A stretch of 64,000 nucleotides of DNA from Octopus vulgaris (taxonomy: Eukaryota). Shown here piece after piece: positions 1 through 13,309 of the stretch. The stretch lies in assembly GCA_951406725.2 (NCBI GenBank), contig OX597839.1:40734001-40798000 (forward strand), written 5' to 3'. Made by a program: the position numbers and the translations under genes. A model generated the notes under the pieces. That model searched no databases and was not told where the DNA came from. It saw only the letters and a program-made list of their open reading frames with translations. The stretch's first letter is position 1; each line of letters starts with the position of its first letter.

Positions 1-8
1 TATATATA

Positions 9-49
<41 letters not shown>

Positions 50-306
50 TCCTTACATATATCATTCTTTCCTACCTCTCTATCACTGTATGTATGTAAT
101 GCTTGTATGCATATATGTATGTATGTATATATACTTATATCTGTTCATCTGTTTTTATATATACACACACATACACACGTACACACATGTGCGAATATAT
201 ATATATATATATATATGTATATTGATATAGAAACAGATAGGTGTATATATATATATATTGATATATATATATATATATATAAAAGATACGTGTATATATA
301 TACATA

Positions 307-381
<75 letters not shown>

Positions 382-509
382 CCTAGATGTGTTTGCATGT
401 GTGTGTGTACGTATCTAGTTAAGCCGATATGAGTTACCTACATATATATACTACGCATATGTATAGACATACATGATTATACATACACATACATGCCTAG
501 ATGTGTCTG

Positions 510-546
<37 letters not shown>

Positions 547-694
547 CTAGTTAAGCGTAGGAATAGTTACCTACATATATAAAATTACATCATATTGATT
601 AAGAAGATAGATTACACAAAGCAGAACACGGTGGAGAAAAAAACAACTGGAGCGCCATCTGCAATAATAATGATATCAACAACAACAGCAATGA

Positions 695-696
695 TG

Positions 697-771
<75 letters not shown>

Positions 772-782
772 TGATGATGATG

Positions 783-836
<54 letters not shown>

Positions 837-840
837 GTAG

Positions 841-871
<31 letters not shown>

Positions 872-878
872 AATAGTT

Positions 879-908
<30 letters not shown>
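695..908. repeat. (AAT)n array
   Basis: Direct reading. Confidence 0.95.
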
Positions 909-911
<3 letters not shown>

Positions 912-1193
912 ACAACAACACCACACAAGAATAACAACAACAACAACACCAACGACAATATAGACAATAAATGCACGAACAACAACTACTTAAGAATAAC
1001 TGCAACAGCCTCTAGGATAACAATAACAACAACAACAACAATGTTGAGATGTACTTTAAAATCATTTCATTATCGACTTCATTATTTAATTATATTAAAG
1101 TAATTATTCAACTCACCTTCTCACTGAATCAGCGAAAAATTTGCTCGAGTACGTACGTGTATGCGTGTCAGTGTGTGTACATATATATATATA

Positions 1194-1304
<111 letters not shown>

Positions 1305-1311
1305 GTATATG

Positions 1312-1394
<83 letters not shown>

Positions 1395-1596
1395 TATATA
1401 TGAATATATACGCACGTACACACACAAACATATATGTATAAGTTATAGAGAAATGCAAGCATAATGATCATATATATGTGTACATATGTTTGTGTGTATG
1501 TGTGTGTGCGTGATTGTGTACTTTTTTTTTAATTATTCAAATCTTTTCCAAAATATAGGAATTCGTGTCTAAGAATGAAACAAAGATCCATCGCTA

Positions 1597-1643
<47 letters not shown>

Positions 1644-1687
1644 AGCATGCCTCCACATTTCTATTCATAGATGTGTATGTACATATA

Positions 1688-1743
<56 letters not shown>

Positions 1744-1768
1744 ATATATATATGCATACATATATATG

Positions 1769-1799
<31 letters not shown>

Positions 1800-1888
1800 A
1801 TACATATATATATATATATATATATATATCTTTCTTCCTTTCCTATCATTTCTCCACGTGCGGTTAAATCAACCCCACCATTTACTGA

Positions 1889-1947
<59 letters not shown>

Positions 1948-1962
1948 GTATGTATATATGTA

Positions 1963-2034
<72 letters not shown>

Positions 2035-2939
2035 AGTACCTGTATATATACATATATGTATGTGTATGTGTGCGTATGCGGTATATATATGTGTGTCTGT
2101 CTGTGTGTATGTCTGTATGCATTGGTTAGTTTTCCTTACATATGAGAGCTTAGACTTATTGCTTGTTAAGCTATTTCCACTTTATCTAAATCGTTATACA
2201 ATATTGTTAAGATTTTACTGAAATGTGAAAGGCCACGCAGGCTTCATTTTTGGGGCTCCAGCCTTCTACAATCGATATAATTTCTTTTTTTTATTTTAAA
2301 TCTTATTTTCTTGTTTTGGTTTTTGGTAGATCCATTATGTGAAGCGTGTTGCAACATATTTTGTTGTACCTCGGGAGGGTCATTATACCAAGGATAAACC
2401 AGCACAGGTCCTATTTCACTTCCTTTTCTTTTTTGTCAATTTGTTAATCATTTGACCAATCAGTTAATCGGCCATTTGATTAATCACTAGTTCAATCGAT
2501 CAGCTAGTTTTGGCAAATCCGTTTCACGCCAGTGGTGACCTCTTCAATGACATCGCACTCACCACTACATATTTATCAGATCTGGTTAACTTAATTACTA
2601 ATAACAATTAAAGAAGTTAAACAGAACCAGTGCGTGTGTTTATTATAGGCATAATAACCTTCCCAATTTACAATGTTTTTTTTTTTCTTATTTCATTGAT
2701 ATCCGTTTTATCTGCAAACAGATAAAGACGAAATCAAATTTCACACATCAAATGATATTGATTTTTTTCAAAAATTAGAACGGGAGACAAAAGTATTTTA
2801 AGAATATAGAGTAACAGTCCATTAAATTAATTTACTCTTCCATTGCACGCTTCCTTTTATCAACCTTAATTGTAGGACGAAAAATAATGTGGATCTTCTG
2901 ATTATAATAACATACATTAATATAGAGGTCAGCATAAAA

Positions 2940-3265
2940 ACAGCGTGGTAGCGGAATCGTTAGCACACCGAATAAGCAATGACTAGAAGCAGTTTGTCCG
3001 TCTTTACGTTGTGAGTTCAATTTTCACCGTTGTCGAATTTTATATTTTACCCTTCGGGGTCAATAAAATACCAACTAGTTAAGTACTGGAGTCGATATAA
3101 ACACACCGAGGAAAATGCTTATCGGCTCTTTGTCCATCTTTACGCTGTGAGTTCAAATTTCACAGAGGCCGAATTTGTATTTTACCCTTCGGGGCTGATA
3201 AGATAACTACCACTTAAGTACTAGGGTCGATATAATCGACTTATCATCCCCCTCCCCCCGAAATT
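2940..3265 (+). mobile_element. Two tandem degraded copies of tRNA-derived SINE family A
   Basis: gagttcaa(a)tt B-box-like motif and cccttcgggg..ataa..aagtact.g.gtcgatataa body occur twice. Confidence 0.75.
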
Positions 3266-3344
3266 TACATTCTCTTCTCTCACAACCGGCCATATTTCTG
3301 AAACACGAAATAGTTTAAAAGTTCAACAAAACATGTCTCATCTA

Positions 3345-3690
3345 GGAATAAAGATTGTGTGCCAACATAACATGGCAGTCTTGGTTTAGGACGAATATTG
3401 CTGTAGTTTAGCCCCAGGTGACATTGTCTCTAGCTGGCTATGCGACACGATCTGTGTCCTTACATTTTCGAACAAGGGAATCTAGCACCCCACACTCAGC
3501 TCAAAACAATATCTGTGTATCACGATTTTCGGATGCTATAGTGGGGCTGCTAGATTCCCTTGTTCGAAAATATAAGGACACAGTTCGCGTCGTATAACCA
3601 GCTTGAGACAATGTCTCCTGGGGCTAAATTACAGCAACATTCGTCCTAAACCAGGACTGCCATGTTATGTTGGCAAACAGTCTTTACTCC
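3345..3690. repeat. Fold-back element: ~150-bp inverted arms around a ~40-bp spacer
   Basis: ggaataaagattgtgtgccaacataacatggcagtc...ttcgaacaagggaatctagc is reverse-complementary to gctagattcccttgttcgaa...gactgccatgttatgttggcaaacagtctttactcc, with scattered mismatches. Confidence 0.9.
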
Positions 3691-4230
3691 AAAGTACTGT
3701 TGCTGAATATCTCTCGTTGTGAGATTTACAAATGTCTCATCTAGTTTGCAATAATAGTGACACTAAATTAAGTAGAGCGTGCGCATATCTGCAGAAAAAT
3801 TCATGTATGGTGTCAAGGACCACAAAATATGTTGTTTCTTAACATCTGATTGTATAAAGGACATTTCTATCATCTTCATGAAAATAGTGAAAGTTACTCA
3901 AGTTACATGCTTATCATTTACTGATAATACTTAAATCTTGACTTTTGTTTTCACTTTTGTAGTTGTATTTACTTTAAAGGACAATGAAAAAACTATATTT
4001 TCAATGTTATATCATGCTCCATACTTGGGTTCGAATTTGTTGAAGTAAACTCTGTTCTTAGAAAGAGTAACAATACCAGAAATGTTGAAAAATGAATCTC
4101 TAACTTTGTGGAAAATCTTAACGTCATAGAGCAAAATGGGTTTCATTTTTTTAAATCAACACCCCCAGAATTAGTAGGAATCGTCTCCAGCATTAGACAG
4201 TAAAAAACCCTGTCCCACAGTGTTATTTTG

Positions 4231-4512
4231 AGGTGGCGAGCTGGTAGAAACGTTAGCACGCCGGGCGAAATGCTTTGCGGTATTTCGTCTGCCACTACGT
4301 TCTCAGTTCAAATTCCGCCGAGGTCGACTTTGCCTTTAATCCTTTCGGGGTCGATTAAATAAGTACCAGTCACGCACTGGGTTCGATATAATCGACTTAA
4401 TCCGTTTGTCTGTCCTTCTTTGTCTTCTCTGTGTTTCGCCCCTTGTGGGTAATAAAGAAATAGAAATAGGTATTTCGTCAGTCGTTACGTTCAGAGTTCA
4501 AATTCCACCGAG
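4231..4512 (+). mobile_element. tRNA-derived SINE family A, full length, followed by a partial duplication
   Basis: ggtggcgagctggtagaaacgttagc (A-box-like), gttcaaattcc (B-box-like), shared body, tail ccccttgtgggtaataaagaaat. Confidence 0.9.
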
Positions 4513-4537
4513 ATGCAGCTCCTTTACCGAAGTGGAT

Positions 4538-4855
4538 TCAGACAAATTTATCCTCGTTTAACAGCATATTGTTTCTTCGCCCATTGAATAACAGCGAGCA
4601 GACGACCTTCATGGGTTTAGAGTCATCTGTGAAGCTTGTCTTGTTGCTCTGTTTGATGATGTCAGTGACGTCATTCATGTAAATAATGATGAGCAATAGA
4701 CCAAAAGACACTGACTTGTGGGTCACAAACAATAGCTCTCGTTATAGCTTGATCGTATACCATTGATCACCACATGGTGAGTACCGTTCGCCTCTACACA
4801 TTCAATCCGCTTTACTAGTCTCCCTCGGACTTCAATATAGGATTGTTTCTTTTTA
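4538..4855 (-). mobile_element. Degraded CR1/L2-type LINE reverse transcriptase fragment
   Basis: SVSFGLLLIIIYMNDVTD..SFTDDSK..NNMLLNEDKF resembles the consensus QGSVLGPLLFIIYIND..FADD.K..N.M.LN..K. Confidence 0.7.
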
Positions 4856-4922
4856 AATAAATACATCTCCATATATATATATATATATATATATATTTAT
4901 TTATATATTTATTTATTTAATT

Positions 4923-4980
<58 letters not shown>

Positions 4981-5063
4981 TTGTATTTATTATTGTTGTT
5001 TGATTGGCGGCATAATATCTATTTTCTCTTTCCCTCTCTTTCTTTCTCCGCATACATACATAT

Positions 5064-5124
<61 letters not shown>

Positions 5125-5179
5125 TGCATACATGCATACACATATATACATATTTGTGTATACATACAAATATATATAT

Positions 5180-5226
<47 letters not shown>

Positions 5227-5497
5227 TATAGATATATAGATATACATACATATACATACATATATACACACAGATACGCATAGATACTTTAATGTCAAGA
5301 TTATTTTAACCTTCCGATTCATCAACAGACGGTAATCCTAAACTCCCCAGGGATTATATAACATTATAACATTACAGGAATATAAAATGCTGGCGAAATC
5401 AAATGAAGGCTCTCTAATCTAATCGATCATTGATGATACTAACCGCACAGGAGGAGCAGGGGAGACAGAATGCTGATCGAAATCATCGACAGACATT

Positions 5498-5550
5498 CAC
5501 ACACACACACACACTAACACACACGCACATACACACACACATACACACAC

Positions 5551-5592
<42 letters not shown>

Positions 5593-5682
5593 ACATACAC
5601 ACACATACACACACTAACACACACACACACAAACACACACACACAAATACACACACACACACTGACACACACACATACACTT

Positions 5683-5713
<31 letters not shown>

Positions 5714-5732
5714 TTAACACACACACACACAC

Positions 5733-5777
<45 letters not shown>

Positions 5778-5838
5778 CACATACACACACATACACACAC
5801 ACACATTCACACACACACATTCACACACACACACACAC
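5498..5838. repeat. (CA)n array
   Basis: Direct reading. Confidence 0.95.
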
Positions 5839-5981
5839 AGAGTTCGAACAAGGAGCAGACCGGTCTAGGCTTACCAATTCCCTTTATATATTTTGCCATT
5901 TCTGCCATTTCTGTCCGTTTCACTTGAGATCTAATTCATCATTTCTTTTTTCTATATTCTTCCTGTAGGTTTTTCTCTGGG

Positions 5982-6370
5982 TTTCTTCTTCTTCTTCTTC
6001 TTCTTCTTCTTCTTCTTCTTCTTCTTCTCGTCGTCTTCCTCCCTTCCTCCTCCTCTTCCTCCTCCTCTTCCCCTTCCCCTTCCTCCTCCTCTTCCCCCTC
6101 CTCTTCCTCCTCCTCGTCGTCTTCTTCTTCCATCTTCTTCTCCTCCTCCTCCTCCTCCTCCTCCCCGTCGTCGTCTTCTTCCATCTTCTTATTCTCCTTC
6201 TCCTCCTCGTCCTCATCTTCCTCCTCTTCCTCCCTCATCTTCCTCCTCCTCCACCTCTCCTCCCATTTCTCCTCGTCCCATTCCTCCTCTTCCTCCCTCA
6301 TCTTCCTCCTCCTCCACCTCTCCTCCCATTTCTCCTCGTCCCATTCCTCCTTCTCCTCCTCCATTTTCTT
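5982..6370. repeat. (TTC)/(TCC) pyrimidine tract with an internal 63-bp tandem duplication
   Basis: ccctcatcttcctcctcctccacctctcctcccatttctcctcgtcccattcctcc occurs twice. Confidence 0.9.
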
Positions 6371-6559
6371 CTCCTACTTCTTTTTCTCCACCTTCTACTA
6401 CTACTACTGTTGCTGCTACTACTATCACTACTACTACTGCTGCTATTACTACTAATACTACGCCAGCGGATTCTACAGCTGTGCTAATAATACTAATACA
6501 ACTACGACTACTACTATTATCCCACTATTACTACTACTACTCGTGGTAAACAAATAATG

Positions 6560-7050
6560 AAGGCCTGAAATTTTAAGAGATTGGGGCTAATCGATTACAT
6601 TGATCCCAGTACAGAAGGATTGTAAAGATGACCTCGGCTGAATTTGAACTCACAACGGACGAAATGCCACTAACCATTTCGTACCTAGAGTAGAAAAGAA
6701 TATTAGCAATTCAAAAAAAAAAAAAAAAACTTAGTTGGTGAGCTGGCAGAATCGTCAGCACGCCGGACGAAATGGTTAGTGGCATTTCGTCCGGCGTGCT
6801 GACGATTCTGCCAGCTCGCCAACTAAGTTTTTTTTTTTTTTTTTAATTGCTAATATTCTTTTCTACTCTAGGTACAAGGCCCGAAATTTTGGGGAAGGTG
6901 GCCAGTCGATTAGTTTGTTTCCAGTATGCAACTGGTATCGACCCTGAAAGGATGAAAGGCAAAGTCGACCTCAGCGGAATTTGAACTCAGAACGTAAAGA
7001 CACGAAATACTGCTAAGCATTTTGCCCGGCGTGTCTGCCAGCTCGCCTCC
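6560..7050 (-). mobile_element. Two SINE family A copies with an inverted duplication (6681-6875) between them
   Basis: Reverse-complement SINE A motifs (gaatttgaactca, ctgccagctcgcc) and a ~94-bp-arm palindrome. Confidence 0.85.
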
Positions 7051-7250
7051 TTTTTTTTTTTTTTTTTTTACTGCTAATATTACAGCGAATATCTGGGATC
7101 TGAGTTCAAATCCCTCCGAGGTCGACTTTGTCTTTTATCCCTTTCGGGTCGATGAAATAAGCTGCAGCTGAGCAGTGGGATTGATGTAATCGACTTGACC
7201 CTTCACCCCATCCCTCGAAATTACTGGCCTAGTACACGAAATTTGAAAAA

Positions 7251-7376
7251 GGCACCTTGATCAAGTGTCTTCTATTATAGCCTCGGGCCGACCAAAGCCT
7301 TGTGAGTGGATTTGGTAGACGGAAACTGAAAGAAGCCCGTCGTATATATATATATATATATCTATCTATATATCTA

Positions 7377-7418
<42 letters not shown>

Positions 7419-7637
7419 TGTGTATGTTTGTGTGTGTGTGTTTGTCTCCCTAGCATTGCTTGACAACCGATGCTGGTGTGTTTACGGCCCCGTCACTTAG
7501 CGGCTCGGCGAAAGAGACCGATAGAATAAGTACTGGGCTTACAAAAAGAATAAGTCCCGGGGTCGAGTTGCTCGATTAAAGGCGGTGCTCCAGCATGGCC
7601 GCAGTCAAAATGACTGAAACAAGTAAAAGAGTAAAAG
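7251..7637 (+). mobile_element. SINE family B (CORE-like domain, central microsatellite), 5' truncated
   Basis: ggcaccttg..caagtgtcttcta.tatagcctcgggccgaccaaagcc...gaagcccgtcg(TA)n(TG)n...gactgaaacaagtaaaagagtaaaag. Confidence 0.9.
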
Positions 7638-7959
7638 CGTAAAGTGTTAAAATATCGGGTAGAAGGGCTTTTCGGTATTTCTTCGGGTCCTTTAACTACT
7701 GAGACCAACATTAAATTTCGTCCTTCTCGGTTGATTAAATAAAGTACCAGCCAAGTACAAGTCGATGTAATCAACTGAACACCCTCCTCTTAAAACCACT
7801 ATATCTCTCTCTCTTTCTCTCTCTCTTTATCTGTCTATTTATCTATCGAATGTCTGTCTGTCGTCTGTCGTCTGTCTGTCATCGAAATCATCGACACAGT
7901 ATTCTGTCACCCTTGTTCCTGCTATTAGATTAGAGAGCCTTCATTTATCAATCTACCTA

Positions 7960-8056
<97 letters not shown>

Positions 8057-8101
8057 AGTCAATGCTGTATTTTTGCTAACTCATTCTTTCAGAAAATTAT
8101 A

Positions 8102-8333
8102 ATGGCAGACCCTCAGCTTACTCAAGAAATGAAGAGGCATGCTGTTATGGTGCTTATAAAGTCTGAGCATAGAGATTTAGAAATATCTCGATTTCTAAAA
8201 GTTGCAAGATCTTCCGTCTACAAAGTTTGTAAGGAGCTAGAGACTGAAGATGGAAATGTATCACCAGTATCAAAGCATAAAAAGCATTCTAAACGCTCTG
8301 AAATTATCAGAACACCTGAATTTATCCAGCAAG
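8102..8333 (+). mobile_element. Tc1/mariner-superfamily (probably maT/DD37D-like) transposase N-terminal HTH fragment, cut off by a SINE
   Basis: MKRHAVMVLIKSEHRDLEISRFLKVARSSVYKVCKELE...HSKRSEIIRTPEFIQQ; the remainder of ORF 8102-8443 is read-through into the SINE. Confidence 0.7.
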
Positions 8334-8690
8334 CAAGGACAGACAAAGGTATTAAGTCGATTACATCGACCCCAGTGCGTAACTGGTACTTAATTTATCG
8401 ACTCGAAAGGATGAAAGGCAAAGTCGAACACGACGGTATTTGAACTCAGAACGTAAAGACAGACGAATACCTATTTCTTTACTACCCACACAGAGGGGAC
8501 AAACAAGGACTACAAACGGATAAAGTCGATTACATCGACCCCAGTGCGTAACTGGTACTTAATTTATCGACCCCGAAAGGGTGAAAGGCAACGTCGACTT
8601 CGGCGGAATTTGAACTCAGAAGGTAAAGACAGACGAATACCGCTAAGCATTTCGTCCAGCGAGCTAACGACTCTCTCAGCCAGCCGTCTT
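8334..8690 (-). mobile_element. Two tandem SINE family A copies
   Basis: aagtcgattacatcgaccccagtgcgtaactggtacttaatttatcga...tttgaactcagaa occurs twice. Confidence 0.9.
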
Positions 8691-8823
8691 CGTACTAATA
8701 TTAATATTATAACCATTATCCCCAATGCCACCACATTCATCGTAAATGGTATTGGTGTGGCGATTAATATAATACTGCCACTAATCAGAACTGAAAGCAC
8801 ACACACACACACACACACAAACG

Positions 8824-8862
<39 letters not shown>

Positions 8863-8995
8863 GCGCGCGCGCATTTATATGTATATGCGTATTTGTTTGT
8901 ATGTATATATGGATATATATATGTGTATACATATATACATGTATGTGTGTGTGTGTGTACATAAATATATATAGTGCTATATATATATATGCATA

Positions 8996-9044
<49 letters not shown>

Positions 9045-9198
9045 ATTGTGTATAATACACACATATTTATATACATTCATATATATATATATATACATAT
9101 ATTTATATGTATACTTATGCGAGTGTGTGTAAGTCTGTATTTGAGTGTATGTGTGAGTGTGTGTTTGTGTGTGTGTGTTTCTCTGTGTGTGTGTGTGT

Positions 9199-9286
<88 letters not shown>

Positions 9287-9359
9287 GCGTATGAGCGTTG
9301 ATGAACAAAAGATCGTTAGGATACGGTGAAACTTAATAATGTTTTCATTCTTTTTTCAG

Positions 9360-9439
9360 TAAATTTGACGACACATTACAAAGATGGCGCCGGCTGATGA
9401 GCAACGGACGATCAACACTAAAGACCTTCTTGCAAATGG
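9360..9439 (+). CDS. Candidate 80-nt exon of an unidentified gene
   Basis: Branch-like cttaat, acceptor ttttcattcttttttcag, GC-richer unique body open in two frames (KFDDTLQRWRRLMSNGRSTLKTFLQM, or MAPADEQRTINTKDLLANG from aagATGg), donor gtgcgt; no recognised homology. Confidence 0.3.
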
Positions 9440-10530
9440 GTGCGTGTGTAGAGATGTGTGTGAGAGGGTATGAGACTGTATGTATCTGTATGTACACGTA
9501 TCTGTCACTCTTTTTTTTTAATACGTGTATTAATATGTATGTATGCGTGTATGTCAATATGTACACTCTTGCGTTTCAGAAAGACGTTTACACGAGCGAT
9601 CTCGAAATTAATATACGCACATGATTATGTGTGTATATATATGCTTATTCGTATACATTCGTTATGATATATATACGCAGCGTTTATGTCTACGTATAAC
9701 ATGCATATTTCTGAGGATATATATACATACACACATATAATACAATGTATATATGTATGCATGTAAATGTATATATATATATATATATATATAGATATTT
9801 ATGTATATATGTATTTAGATATATATATATATACATATATATATTTATTTATATATATGTTTTGTATGTATATATATATATATATGTATATATATGCATG
9901 TACACACACACACACATATATATATATGTACGTTGTGATATATATAAACACATATACGTATTTCATTGTTCAAATACAGACATATATGTATATATCTAAA
10001 TATATATGTGTGTGTATGTGTGTATGTGTGTGTTCATATACATACATACGCACATATGTACATATATATATATGTATATATATATGTGTATATATATATG
10101 TGTATATATATATATATATGTATATATATATGCAGGTATATGTATATATTTATATATGTATATATATATATATGTGTGTGTGTATATGTATTTGCATAGT
10201 CCTATGTCTTTGGGTTGATGTGTGAGGAATTATTTTCACGTTCATCACGCAGTAATGGGCGTTTTTTGTTTTTTTCATTTATGGTATAGCGAATGCATTG
10301 TCATATCTCAACTGTATACTACTCATATGTATAAGCATATCTATATACATACATACATACATATATATACATACATATACATACATATATACAGATATAT
10401 AAATACATACGTACATATATACATACACATCCATGTGTATATATATATAGACAGATATATGTAAGTATATGCTTGTATTTAAGTAAATACACACACAGAT
10501 ACACGCATATGCACACTCACACACACATAC

Positions 10531-10591
<61 letters not shown>

Positions 10592-10765
10592 TATGTATAT
10601 ATACATGCACATATTTATGTAAGTATATACAATAAACATAAATATATATATATTTGCATATATATATATATATATACATGCAGTTATAAATATATATAAA
10701 ATATATCCACATATATATATTTCTATTATATATATATGTATATTTATATCGCATATTTATATATA

Positions 10766-10828
<63 letters not shown>

Positions 10829-10864
10829 TTACATATGTATAAATGTATATACATATAGATATAC

Positions 10865-10936
<72 letters not shown>

Positions 10937-11323
10937 TGTGGCCTCATTAATATTGTTATCCGTGACTTTCGTAATTGACTTGCGCTGAAATTGTCCAACC
11001 AATTTATCAATTCTTGCCGCTACAGCATTTAGTTCTGAGAGGAAACCGCTTCTGAGCGAAGGAGCATGGTGTGCGTGTGTGCTTGGCCAGTGTATGTATG
11101 TATGTGTGTATTTGTGTGTGCATGGGTTGGTGGGTTTGGGCATAGACGTGCGCGTGCAGTTCTTGTGAGAGAGTGTATATGCGTGCCTGAGTGCTAGCTT
11201 CGGTGCTTTACTTTGCGTACGTATCCGATTGCATTCACGTGTAAACGTTTCTCAAAGAGTGAGATTCAAGCTATATATATATATATACACATATACATAC
11301 ATACATATATATATGTGTGCGTG

Positions 11324-11382
<59 letters not shown>

Positions 11383-11799
11383 GCATATATATATATATGT
11401 ATATATACATATATATATGTATATATATATATATAGGGTGGTTATATGTTAAGCTTCAATGTCTTTTTATGAGTACGTGTGTATGTGTGTTTATGCGTGT
11501 AAATGTATATTTATTGTCACGCACGCATATACACACAAATATACATACAAACATACATACATACATATATAAATATATATATATGGCCGTGTATACGGAA
11601 ATATATGCGTTTGTCTGCGTTTATATATCTTCATTTTCATACACGTACGTGTGTCGCATGGTATTGACATATATATATCTATATATATATATATTTCTAT
11701 AAGTATATATGTGTACATATTTATATATACGTGTATATATATATTGATACATATATATATATATATATACATACATAAACACACACACACAAACATTTA

Positions 11800-11935
11800 T
11801 ACATCTGAGCATACATGCATACACAAGCACACAAATACATACACATGCGTATGTGCGTACATACATGCATACACATATACATACATATATACATCCATCC
11901 ATACATACATACATACATACATACACATCCATCCA

Positions 11936-11967
<32 letters not shown>

Positions 11968-12312
11968 CACATCCATCCATACATGCATACATATATACAT
12001 ACATACATACATCCATTCATACATACATACATACATACATACATACATACATACATACATTCATACATACATACATCACAAACATACATGCATACATACA
12101 TACATGCATACATACATACATATACACATACATACATATACACATACATACATACATACATTCATACATACATACATACATACATATACACATACATACA
12201 TGCATACATACATACATACATGCATACATACATGCATACATACATACATACATACATACATACATACATACATACATACATACATACATACATACATACA
12301 TACATACATACG
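11800..12312. repeat. (CATA)n array
   Basis: Direct reading. Confidence 0.95.
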
Positions 12313-12637
12313 TACACACACGCCCATCGTTGGCTTTTAAAAGTGAGATGTTTGCAGGAATGCAGTTTAAAATAAATTTGCTTATCTGACTCCTTCACCC
12401 CCTCCCTGCCACCACCACCATCAACCACCACCATCACCACCACCACCACCACTACCTCCGCCTCCTCCACCACTACCACCACCATTACCACCATCAACAC
12501 CACCGCCACCGCCACCGCCAATATACAAACAACGTAAATAGCTTTAAAGATCTCTGTTCATAAATCAAATAATCTCGATCAAGGATCTTCCAAATGTTCT
12601 CTTTAACAGCTTCCAAAATAGTCTCGTTCTCCTGCTT

Positions 12638-12668
<31 letters not shown>

Positions 12669-13092
12669 GAGGTGGTGGGGGTGTCTTGAAGGTGTGGGGA
12701 GGAGCTGCTTATTTGTTGTTGTTTTTTCTTTTTTTACTTTGTTTTTCTTGGGGGTTTTCTTCGTTTCCGTTAGTTGTTTTTTTTAATACTCTTTTTTGTT
12801 GTTCTCTGTATTTTCCCGTTGATACTTTCCTCCTCGTGCCTCTGATTATCTTTATCATTATTATTATTATTATTATTGTTGTTGTTATTGTTGTTGTTGT
12901 TGTTGTTGCTGCTGCTGCTTTTGTTTGTTGTTGTTATTGCTGCTCTTATTTTCATTTTTATTTCAAGATTTGGGATCCCTCCATTTATTACCCTTCTTTA
13001 TCACTATTATTATTATTATTATTATTATTATTATCAGTAGTAGTAGTTGTTGTAGTAGTGGTGGTGGTGATGATGGTGGTAGTGGTGTAGTA

Positions 13093-13131
<39 letters not shown>

Positions 13132-13309
13132 CAGCAGTAGTAGTAGTAGTAGTAGCAGTCTGCCTTTCATCCTTTTGGGGTTCGATAAAATAAGTACCAG
13201 CCAAGCTTGAAGCCATTGTTCTCCTTATTATTGTTCGATGCATTTGCATTTCGGCCTAGAATGGTCCTATTCATTTTCGTATCCCTCCGATATATATTGT
13301 TGTAAAAAC

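Noticed and set aside
5920-6428. Poly-E and poly-R (protamine-like) ORFs
   Set aside because: All three minus-strand frames are open because of the purine/pyrimidine repeat; low complexity only
9394-9415. ctgatgag hammerhead-like start
   Set aside because: No downstream GAAA or helix II
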